DNA of 60,079 nucleotides from Dehalococcoidales bacterium (GCA_034431095.1 DAOUDM010000011.1:1-60079), one strand, 5' to 3'. Shown: positions 27,438 through 35,584, numbered from the stretch's first letter. A program made the numbers and translations. Notes: a model not told the origin generated them from the letters alone.

Positions 27438-29852
27438 ATGGTGAAAGATAAAAAGGTTTTTCGAATACTGGCAGTGACTTTGACTTTGGCGTTACTGCTG
27501 ATGGCGATACCGGCGTCGCTGGTCCTGGCGGCGGCAAGTCTTAATCTTACCCCGGACGAAGGCGAGGTTGGTGATGACGTTCAAGTTAATGGCACGGGTT
27601 TTAATACAGGCCTGAGCCTCATTCTTTATTTCTCCAGCCAGCCGGCTGAGGTGGGCGATGATATCAATACCGATGTTACCATCTATAAGCAGGTAAATAC
27701 AGCTGGTACGCCTGTGAGTCCCAATTTTGTTAAAAACTTTCTGGTGCCGGAAGTTCTTAGCCAGGGCCCTGGTACCGATGAAGATGTTCACGACGGCAGG
27801 TATTATGTATATGTTACCAATGATATTTCAGAGTATATACTGGCCAAGGCTTACTTTACCGTCGTTGGCTTTGGTACTATTGAGTTAAGCGATGATGAAG
27901 GCACGGTTGGTACCGAGATTGACATCACCGGTGGTGGCTTTGCTGCAGATGAAGATCTTTCCGTGGAGTTTGGCGGCGATGAAGTGGATATTGAATCTGG
28001 TGATGAGGTAACCGATGAAGACGGTGAATTTATCCTATCCATTATTATCCCGGATGCCATTTTTGGTGACCATACTATAGCTGTTATCGGTGGAGAGTCT
28101 CTGGCAGAGGTTAGCGATACATTTACTGTGATGTCAGATATAACAGTTAATCCTGTGCAAGGGCTGCCGGGCGATGAGCTGACATTATATGGCACCGGTT
28201 TTGATAAAAGGAATGGTGTGGATTTCTATTTTGGTGGTACCCCGATTACTGTTGAATGGATTGTTGATGCTGCCCGCAGTAAGACCAACAACGACGGTTA
28301 TTTTGCCGTAAAGATTACCGTACCCGATGTTGATGTCGGTGCCTATACCATTCTGGCCGAGGATGAGGATGACGATGATATCTCAGCACAGGTAACCTTC
28401 ACCGTGACAGAGCCATCGTTAAACCCGGTTATCGTCGTTGACCCCACCAGTGCCAATGTCGACGACGAGGTTGAGGTTAGCGGGACGGAGTTCGCTCCCG
28501 GCGATACCGTGACCATCTACTTTGACGATGAAGTTGTCGACACGACTACCACCTTGACTGACGGCAGCTTCACCGGTTCCTTTGATATTCCCGAGAGTGT
28601 CAATGGCAGTCATACCATAAAGGCTGAGGATACTGATGGTGGGGTGGCGACAGCAACGATAACCGTAGAGCCGAAGATAGCCTTTGACATTGAAGAAGGC
28701 CCGGGCGGTACCGAGGTAACGGTAACCGGCACCGGCTTCGGCTACCGGAGCGATATTGAGACCATTGAATTTGATAGTACCGATGTTGATATAGAGAGCG
28801 GTGATGATAGGTCTGGTACGGATGGCAGTTTTGAGTTCAGCTTCATAGTGCCGGCGGTTGGAGCCGGCAGTTATGATGTAACGGTCGAGGATGAAGACGG
28901 CAACTCCGCCGAGGCCGAGTTCACCGTGGTGGCCGCCGCGGCCAGCATTACTCCAACCAGCGGAGTGGGCGGCACTGAAATTACAGTTACCGGTGTTAAC
29001 TTTATCGCCGGTGCTGAAGTTACCATTTCTTATGATGGTGTTGACATTACTACTGCTACTGCCGGTAGTGATGGAACAGTATCAGCTACATTCGATGCTC
29101 CTGCCGGCGCCGGTGGGGTACACAATGTAACCATAAGTGATGGAATAAACGATCCCGATGCTGAATTTACAGTTACTGCTGAAGCTTCTATCAATCCAGT
29201 TAGCGGTAATGTAGGCAGTGCGATTACGGTGAGTGGTAATGGCTTTGGCGCCAGCAAGCCGATAACCATCACCTATGATGGCAGTGTCGTTACCCCGATG
29301 GCGACAATCGTAACTCTGGTTGACGGCAGCTTCAGCGGCAGTTTTATCGCTCCTGTCAGCACTGGCGGTAGCCACGTTATAACCGTCAGCGATGGCGTCA
29401 ACCCTCCTAAGCAGTTTACCTTTACCATGGAGACAACCAAACCGCCGACGCCCCAGCAACTTCCGCTTGGGACGGATAAGCCCAAGCAGCCGATTACCTT
29501 TGATTGGAGCGATGTCACCGATGCCAGTATGCCGGTAACATATAGTCTCCAGGTTGCTACCGATGCCAGCTACGGCAATATAGTGATTGATAAGATGGGG
29601 CTTGCCGGGTCTGAATACACCCTTCTCGAAGAGGAGGAGCTTGAGCCTGTTGGTAAGGATAGCCCTTACTACTGGAGAATAAGCTCAACAGATGCTGCCA
29701 GCAATAGCAGTGACTGGGGTCCCAGCGCCACCTTCTATATTGGTGGCGGTTGGCCCGGCTGGCTGATGTGGCTCTGGATTGGGCTGGGGGCACTGACGCT
29801 CGGTATATTCTTCTTCTGGCTGGGTAGGAGAATAGCCTTTAGCTCCTACTAA
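27438..29852 (+). CDS. Large acidic cell-surface protein: signal peptide, ~7 IPT/TIG Ig-like repeats, FN3-like module, C-terminal membrane anchor
   Basis: Seven P-x2-G-x2-G-x-(E/D)-V-x-V-x-G-x-GF repeats, FDWSDV...YYWRI module, and a Trp-rich TM segment ending GRRIAFSSY. Confidence 0.85.
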   Translation: MVKDKKVFRILAVTLTLALLLMAIPASLVLAAASLNLTPDEGEVGDDVQVNGTGFNTGLSLILYFSSQPAEVGDDINTDVTIYKQVNTAGTPVSPNFVKNFLVPEVLSQGPGTDEDVHDGRYYVYVTNDISEYILAKAYFTVVGFGTIELSDDEGTVGTEIDITGGGFAADEDLSVEFGGDEVDIESGDEVTDEDGEFILSIIIPDAIFGDHTIAVIGGESLAEVSDTFTVMSDITVNPVQGLPGDELTLYGTGFDKRNGVDFYFGGTPITVEWIVDAARSKTNNDGYFAVKITVPDVDVGAYTILAEDEDDDDISAQVTFTVTEPSLNPVIVVDPTSANVDDEVEVSGTEFAPGDTVTIYFDDEVVDTTTTLTDGSFTGSFDIPESVNGSHTIKAEDTDGGVATATITVEPKIAFDIEEGPGGTEVTVTGTGFGYRSDIETIEFDSTDVDIESGDDRSGTDGSFEFSFIVPAVGAGSYDVTVEDEDGNSAEAEFTVVAAAASITPTSGVGGTEITVTGVNFIAGAEVTISYDGVDITTATAGSDGTVSATFDAPAGAGGVHNVTISDGINDPDAEFTVTAEASINPVSGNVGSAITVSGNGFGASKPITITYDGSVVTPMATIVTLVDGSFSGSFIAPVSTGGSHVITVSDGVNPPKQFTFTMETTKPPTPQQLPLGTDKPKQPITFDWSDVTDASMPVTYSLQVATDASYGNIVIDKMGLAGSEYTLLEEEELEPVGKDSPYYWRISSTDAASNSSDWGPSATFYIGGGWPGWLMWLWIGLGALTLGIFFFWLGRRIAFSSY

Positions 29853-29878
29853 TATATCTTGATAATACAGGAAATAGC

Positions 29879-29915
29879 ATCCCCCCTCCCTGATTTACGG
29901 GAGGGGGATTTTTTT
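29879..29915 (+). terminator. Rho-independent terminator after the surface protein gene
   Basis: ATCCCCCCTCCC...GGGAGGGGGAT followed by a T run. Confidence 0.75.
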
Positions 29916-30031
29916 AATGAAAGAGGGAGCTGAAAGCCCCCTCTTAGACTTTTCCCCCTGCCTTGCTATGCAGAATACTATTGGACAAATGTGGTATAAT
30001 TAACATAACGAAATATTAGCTTGAAGATGCT

Positions 30032-31138
30032 GTGAAAGAAGATGAGAATATATTCCCATCATTACTAGAAAAGGTACTTGTAGACATTTGGGGAGGTGGT
30101 GGAGACCGTCTTAGCACACTTCATCTTAAAAAAACACGCACAGCGACTTCTCATATTCGAAGTATCTATAGGCATAAGGGTGAGCACGGTACTATCCAAC
30201 CTTCCAGAATAAATTACCAATTTAAGCAAAATAGGGCTGGATATTTAGCTGCCTTTGGGGAAAGGCATGCTTATCTATCCTACTTACATTTAAATAAAGT
30301 ACAAAGCAAAAATCCTGAAGCAATACCAAAGCCTCGTGGCAAGAGAAACGAATTGGTAGTTACTTCTTTGGGAGCTGGAGCTTGTGTTGAGTTATTTGGC
30401 ATATGTCTTTTCTATTTATCAGGTGCAGGTCGTCAATCGCTTCTTTTAAAATTAAACTCTGTAGAAAAAGAGCGTGAATGGAATTCAAGCCAACATATTG
30501 TATTTACTAGAGTCCTAAAAGATATTTTTCCGAAAGTAGATGTTGATAAAATTGATGTTGCAGTAGATTTGAAAGAGGATGCAATACCTGCATTCTCTAA
30601 TCAATATGATAGGCTCACCAACACCGATATATTGCTTATTTACAACGTTTTAAATGAAATCCCATCAACTTATGCGAATAAAGTATGGAGAAATATTAAA
30701 TTTTTAATAGACATATTCCAGAGGCCAGTTCTTATTCTTCTTATGGAACCTTCTGCTTCGCGAGCGGAACCTCGTATATATCGAATAAAGGAACAACTCA
30801 TTCAACAAACTGATTTGATTGAAGAAAACAAGGAAGAAATATTTTATTTTAATGAAGCACCTGTTTGCATCAAGAAGAGCAATTCTGAAGATGATTTAAA
30901 CTATCGGTTATTTGGACCTAGCACTGATAGCTCGCAGCCTGATTTCGAGACGTCAATTTCGAGAGCACACATGTCTTCTGTGAAGAAACCAGATTCACCA
31001 ATAACCATGGAACAAGTGGCTTTGCAGCTTTCGAAGTTGGGTATTAAGAGAGGGAGAAAAGGAGCAAGTGCGTTTCGGCGCCCTAGAGTAGGGCCACAAT
31101 ATACGTTTGTCTCTGTTAGTGATGATTGGAAATTGTAA
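30032..31138 (+). CDS. Putative class I SAM-dependent methyltransferase, Rsm22-like; AT-rich insert (GTG start)
   Basis: VTSLGAGACVE (motif I-like), DILLIYNVLNEI and LILLMEPS resemble the Rsm22 DLVIASxVLNEL / LVxIEPG motifs; visibly AT-richer than the flanks. Confidence 0.55.
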   Translation: MKEDENIFPSLLEKVLVDIWGGGGDRLSTLHLKKTRTATSHIRSIYRHKGEHGTIQPSRINYQFKQNRAGYLAAFGERHAYLSYLHLNKVQSKNPEAIPKPRGKRNELVVTSLGAGACVELFGICLFYLSGAGRQSLLLKLNSVEKEREWNSSQHIVFTRVLKDIFPKVDVDKIDVAVDLKEDAIPAFSNQYDRLTNTDILLIYNVLNEIPSTYANKVWRNIKFLIDIFQRPVLILLMEPSASRAEPRIYRIKEQLIQQTDLIEENKEEIFYFNEAPVCIKKSNSEDDLNYRLFGPSTDSSQPDFETSISRAHMSSVKKPDSPITMEQVALQLSKLGIKRGRKGASAFRRPRVGPQYTFVSVSDDWKL

Positions 31139-31237
31139 TGAAAAGGTGGTAGTATAACATTTAACTACACCTTGTAATATATACAATTGCTGCTTGACTT
31201 GGTTTAGCGCTATTGCTTTTTGCACAATCTTACCCCC

Positions 31238-32671
31238 TCACTCCCTAACACTCCCCACCGCTGTTTTCCTCTCGTATTGGTTAGCTGCTTCAACCAGCAG
31301 TGCCAGGCTCATCAGGAAGTCGTCGTGCCCCTGTGACGGGTCGACATAAAAATTCATTGTCTGGTTGGGGCGGTACTGGTTTCTGGCTTTTTCCATCTGT
31401 AACCAGAACTCTCGGTATTCCGCTGAGCCGTCGCCGGCATACACCTTCAGCCGGCCCGAGTTAATAGCCGCCAGCAGGTTGAAGCCCAGCTTTGACTTGG
31501 AACCGGTGGTGAAGGTGAACGGGGAGACTTTTGAACCCAGTGACTTCCTAAGGAAGGAGCTTACCGGCTGGCCGACGCCGGTGGCATCGACCACTACCCG
31601 TCGGCAGTGCCATACATTACCCAGGATGTCGATAAGCTGATGGTAGAGCTCGGAGTGCTTTTTACCGGTCCACCAGTAGTGCTCGACGATATTTACCCTG
31701 GGCTGTTTCTGAACTTCGTCGCTGACCGAGAAGTCCAGTTCGCCGATGGTAACCACGGTCGAGTCCTTGAGCGGCTTTAGAGCTCTCAGGGTAGCTCCCT
31801 CCGCCTCCTCTGCCTCACCGGCAAGGTCGATGCCGGCGATATAGGTTTTGCCCGGCTCGGGCTGGTGTTTTCTCGGGTGCTTCCCCTGTAGCTGTGCCCT
31901 CTGTTGATGGCTTAAGAAGCCACCGCCGCCATGTATGGGTAACAGGCAGTACTGGGTCAGGAAAAGTGGGTGGTTCTCCCCCAAACGCTCACGCTCCGCC
32001 TGGACATAGGCTAGATAATCGGGGTTGTATTTGGCTACTTCCTGCCAGTCGAATCGGAAGTGGCGTTTGGTGCCGTCTTTCCTCTCCAGTTCCAGGTTGG
32101 TCTGCTTTATCTCCTCGAGCAGGGTCAGGTCGTCCCAGGTGGTGCCGTAGTGAATGGTGGTGACATTGGTTGTCGCCCCCATAGGTTTGAACTCCTTGGT
32201 GTATTTCGCCTTGCTTACATCTTGGGACTCGTCTATCTCCAGGAGTATGTGAGCCGTGTTACCAACGACGTTAGCCGATTCGTCGGCGGAAAGGAATATA
32301 GCCCTGGCATTATATAGCCTGATGATATAGCCCATCTCGGATGTCCAGACGCCAGCAAAACCGGCATCGTTCAGCCTGTCCTTGAGCCGCGTCATAGAGA
32401 TGACCGTCTGCGGTTTGAAGGTGGGGGCACACTTAATCAGGTTCTGCGGTGTCGCCGTCATGAAGAGGGTCACAAGCAACAGCTCAAGCTGGGCGGATAG
32501 CTCGTTCTTGCCTCCCTGGCGGGCGATCTCGACGGAGAAGGTAATGCCCTTCCTGCCGAAAACGCTGTCCAGTATAGCCAGTGCCACCTCTCTCTGGTAG
32601 GGGCGGAGTCTATTTATCAATGAAGCTTCCGATGCCGATGCCCAGCGGTAGGGCAACATCCCGGAGGACAT
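31238..32671 (-). CDS. Terminase large subunit
   Basis: LRPYQ, Walker A ARQGGKNE, Walker B LEIDESQ, GTT coupling motif, nuclease acidic residues GIDLAG, VDATGVG and HDDFLMS all present. Exact start uncertain. Confidence 0.92.
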   Translation of the reverse strand: MSSGMLPYRWASASEASLINRLRPYQREVALAILDSVFGRKGITFSVEIARQGGKNELSAQLELLLVTLFMTATPQNLIKCAPTFKPQTVISMTRLKDRLNDAGFAGVWTSEMGYIIRLYNARAIFLSADESANVVGNTAHILLEIDESQDVSKAKYTKEFKPMGATTNVTTIHYGTTWDDLTLLEEIKQTNLELERKDGTKRHFRFDWQEVAKYNPDYLAYVQAERERLGENHPLFLTQYCLLPIHGGGGFLSHQQRAQLQGKHPRKHQPEPGKTYIAGIDLAGEAEEAEGATLRALKPLKDSTVVTIGELDFSVSDEVQKQPRVNIVEHYWWTGKKHSELYHQLIDILGNVWHCRRVVVDATGVGQPVSSFLRKSLGSKVSPFTFTTGSKSKLGFNLLAAINSGRLKVYAGDGSAEYREFWLQMEKARNQYRPNQTMNFYVDPSQGHDDFLMSLALLVEAANQYERKTAVGSVRE

Positions 32672-32975
32672 TGGTGATCGCCTCCTTCAGGCTCCTCTTG
32701 TCCTCCTTGCTGATGTTGTATCTGGTTCTGACCAGCCGGGCCAGAGTATTGGTTGCCTGTATAATGAGCTTTATATTTTGCGGGTCGTGGGCAACGACGG
32801 ACTTAATCTTGGTTCTAAGCAGGGCGATCTCATCGTCGATACCCTCGACGCGGGTGGCTAGCTCGAAATCGAGCTGTTCCGCCTCATCGAGCACCCTGGA
32901 GTAGAAGCCGTGCTTTCTAGCGTTTTGATTGCCTCTGGGGGCGCCTCTTTTTATTTTCTCTGTATTCTCCGGCAT
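32610..32975 (-). CDS. Terminase small subunit
   Basis: KRGAPRGNQNARKHGFYS N-terminal TerS motif; AAAGGAG RBS before ATG 32975; directly upstream of terL. Confidence 0.8.
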   Translation of the reverse strand: MPENTEKIKRGAPRGNQNARKHGFYSRVLDEAEQLDFELATRVEGIDDEIALLRTKIKSVVAHDPQNIKLIIQATNTLARLVRTRYNISKEDKRSLKEAITNVLRDVALPLGIGIGSFIDK

Positions 32976-33078
32976 ATAGTCTGTCTCCTTTGTCAAGGAG
33001 CTCGGCAGTGGTCAGGACAATAATGTGAGCCGCCAACTCCCATCTCTGGTTTTCTATGGCTAATCTCAGCAGTTTCAT
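32917..33078 (-). CDS. Unannotated 53-aa protein overlapping terS (MKLLRLAIENQRWELAAHIIVLTTAELLDKGDRLYAGEYRENKKRRPQRQSKR)
   Basis: Strong SD AAGGAGGAGG before ATG 33078; first ORF after the LexA-box promoter; below the 60-aa track cut-off. Confidence 0.6.
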   Translation of the reverse strand: MKLLRLAIENQRWELAAHIIVLTTAELLDKGDRLYAGEYRENKKRRPQRQSKR

Positions 33079-33106
33079 CGCCTCCTCCTTGACTAGATGT
33101 AGAGTT

Positions 33107-33135
33107 ATAATAGCACAAATGTTCTACTATTACTA
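33107..33135 (-). promoter_or_regulatory. Promoter of the terminase operon with a LexA-like box
   Basis: AGAACATTTGTGCT (33125-33112) overlaps extended -10 TGcTATTAT; 19 of 20 bp (ATAATAGCACA-x-ATGTTCTA) identical to 27050-27069. Confidence 0.7.
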
Positions 33136-33201
33136 CTATATTTTGTCATATCTGAAGAATTGATATTATGCTCTATCCGCTATAGAATAGTGGGTTAGAA
33201 G

Positions 33202-33897
33202 ATGAGCACTGTCCAGAAGCTTTATCAGCTACAGGAGATTGAACTTGAGATTGAGTCCGATGAGAAGGCTCTATCCCGGTGTCTTGGTCGGCTCGGGGAA
33301 AGTGAGGCGGTAAACAGGGTTAACTCCAGGCTCCAGTGCGCACGGCAACAGCTGGCAGGGCTTGAGCAGAAACAGCACTCAGCGGAGTGGCAGATAGAAG
33401 ACATCGAAGCCAAGCTGATGGCGGTGAAAGAGACGCTTTATAGCGGGCGGGTGAAAAATCCCAAGGAGCTGGCCGGTCTCCAGCAGGAGGAAAAAAGCCT
33501 GGAAGCCCAGCGTGACCGTTTAGAGGAAGGGGCACTGGAGACGATGGAGCAGGTGGAGGTGGTTACCGCTGACCTGGCGGCATTAAACAGTGAGCTCGGG
33601 GAACTGGAAGACGAGTGGCGCCGCCAGCAGCAGGAGTTGTCTGTAGAGATAGAGAGATTGAAGGAATCGATATCCGAGCTGAAAGAGAAACAGAAGCTGG
33701 CACTGGCTGGCATAGATGCCAGAACGATTGATTACTATAACCAGCTAAAGAAACAGAAGGGATGGGCGGTTGCCAGAATCGAGCAGGGCACATGCCGTAG
33801 CTGTCGTATATCGCTGTCCACTGCCGAGTTACAGCGAGCCAGGGGAGACCAGCTGGTCGAGTGCAATAGCTGCCGGCGTATCCTGTTTCTTGACTGA
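33202..33897 (+). CDS. Coiled-coil protein with C4-type zinc ribbon (DUF164/CT398-like)
   Basis: Long coiled coil then AVARIEQGTCRSCRI...VECNSCRRIL. Confidence 0.9.
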   Translation: MSTVQKLYQLQEIELEIESDEKALSRCLGRLGESEAVNRVNSRLQCARQQLAGLEQKQHSAEWQIEDIEAKLMAVKETLYSGRVKNPKELAGLQQEEKSLEAQRDRLEEGALETMEQVEVVTADLAALNSELGELEDEWRRQQQELSVEIERLKESISELKEKQKLALAGIDARTIDYYNQLKKQKGWAVARIEQGTCRSCRISLSTAELQRARGDQLVECNSCRRILFLD

Positions 33898-33918
33898 TTG
33901 GGGTGAATATTTAGGCGT

Positions 33919-34317
33919 ATGGCGATTAGAAAGGTAGTGATACACTCGGACGGGGTGTCGCGGAATAATCCGGGACCGGCGGCTATAGGCGCCACTATCA
34001 AGGATGAGCAGGGGCGGCTGATAGCGGTTGTTTCGCGGAGTATCGGACGGGCGACCAATAATCAGGCGGAGTACGGGGCGGTCATCGCCGCTCTAGAAAA
34101 GGCTATCAAACTGGGTGCCCGGCAGGTTGAGCTGAACCTGGACTCGGAGCTAGTAGTCAGGCAGGTTACCGGGCGATATCGGGTAAAGAACGAGGCTCTC
34201 AAGCCCTTGTTTGACAGGGTGAAAAAACTGCTGGGCTCTCTGGAAGACTTCAGCATAAAGCATATCCCCCGCCGGCAGAATCGAGAGGCTGATAGGCTGG
34301 CTAATAGCGCCCTGTAG
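33919..34317 (+). CDS. rnhA: Ribonuclease HI
   Basis: SDGVSRNNPGPAAIG, TNNQAEY, LDSELVVRQ, HIPRRQNREADRLAN. Confidence 0.93.
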   Translation: MAIRKVVIHSDGVSRNNPGPAAIGATIKDEQGRLIAVVSRSIGRATNNQAEYGAVIAALEKAIKLGARQVELNLDSELVVRQVTGRYRVKNEALKPLFDRVKKLLGSLEDFSIKHIPRRQNREADRLANSAL

Positions 34318-34375
34318 TTTGGCTGTTTAACGGCAACGTTTGACTAAAGCCCCTTTCTATAATAGAGTATAGTTG

Positions 34376-34729
34376 GGCTAAGTAAACCGGGTAACCGCCC
34401 CTTCTTCGAAGGGGAGGAAAGTCCGAGCTCCACCGGGCAGGGTGCTGGGTAACGCCCAGGAGGGGTGACCCTACGGATAGTGCCACAGAAACATACCGTC
34501 CTTCGGCTGAAGGATAAGGGTGAAATGGTGAGGTAAGAGCTCACCAGCGGCCGGGTGACCGGTCGGCTGGGTAAACCCCACCCGGAGCAAGACCGAATAG
34601 AGGGACAAAAGGACGCCCGGCCTGTCCCCGGGTTGGTCGCTTGACCCTGCTGGTAACAGCAGGGCTAGATAGATGGTTACCGCCCTTCCTCGGAAGGGTA
34701 CAGAACTCGGCTTACAGGTTTACTTAGCC
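34376..34729 (+). ncRNA. rnpB: RNase P RNA (bacterial type A)
   Basis: GAGGAAAGTCC, AGTGCCACAGAAA, GGGTGAAA, GGTAAACCCC...GAGCAAG and ACAGAACTCGGCTTA conserved regions; 5' GGCTAAGTAAACC pairs with 3' GGTTTACTTAGCC; promoter TTGACT (34340)-17 bp-TAGAGT. Confidence 0.98.
34704..34729 (+). repeat. attL (3' end of rnpB)
   Basis: AACTCGGCTTACAGGTTTACTTAGCC, identical to 38009-38034. Confidence 0.92.
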
Positions 34730-35175
34730 TAAACACTATTGTCACTTTCTGTCCTCCTTCTATTTGAGCGGCTGGTCCTCTATATTAGCCATTTTTTAAG
34801 CTCTTGATTCCATTATGCCATTCTCTTTTGAATAATATAGCCATGGCACCTGGCTGTCAATATAGTTCTACACTGTGGTTGACTATATGTCAATAGAGGT
34901 TAATAAACACTGGGGTTGACAAAAGGGTTAATAGGGGCTGATAAAAGGGTTGAAAATGAATACGTAAAGGAAAGGTAGTTTTCTACTCGAGAAACTATCT
35001 GACGGTTTGTTAGGTAACATTTCGATGAAATGTTATTTCCATTTTGCCCTTTTTAGGAAAGCAATTTAATTAATAATCCCTGTATTTATTATGATAAGAT
35101 AACTTCAAATCTATTCATCGTATTTTTAATTGTGTCACCGGTGTAAAAAACATACAAAGAAAAGGCAATTAAAAT

Positions 35176-35584
35176 TGACCTGCCCCCATAAGGTGTACCA
35201 CTTGTTAAGTTAGAGTTACCGGTATTATAGCCTCAGGAGCTGGTGGCTGATCTTAGTCTTGATAACTCCATTCTCAAAGAGGCAGCCCAGGGAAACTCCT
35301 AAGCCCGTCCAAAAGGCGAAGGGTGATAATCCGCGTAAGCGAGTCATTTCATATCTCCCAGAGGCGGGCATGCCGGGTGCTGAGGCAGGCCAGGTCTACT
35401 CAGAGGCGTATTCTCCGTACCAGCTGCGAAGAGGACAGACTGGTGACGTGCATTATTAATCTGGCCACTAAGTATGGCAGATACGGATATCGCAGGATAA
35501 CAGCTCTGTTGCGTAATGAAGGCTGGAAGGTAAACCACAAGAGGGTGGAGAGGATATGGAGGAGGGAAGGACCTAAGGTGCCCA
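35176..35584 (+). pseudogene. Rearranged IS3-family remnant (IS end fused to orfA C-terminus and orfB N-terminus)
   Basis: Starts TGACCTGCCCCCATAAGGTGTACCAC, then ELVADLSLDNSILKEAAQGNS*, slippery GGGAAAC (35290-35296) and orfB YGRYGYRRITALLRNEGWKVNHKRVERIWRREG; truncated after KVP. Confidence 0.85.

Larger units (their letters stand above)
19486..33125 (-). other. Integrase-less phage head/packaging module (candidate gene transfer agent or domesticated prophage)
   Basis: terS, terL, portal, scaffold, capsid, adaptor, holin-like and hub/spike-like genes, all on the minus strand and mostly translationally coupled. No integrase, replication or tail tube/tape measure genes; no flanking att repeat seen. 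Confidence 0.8.
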
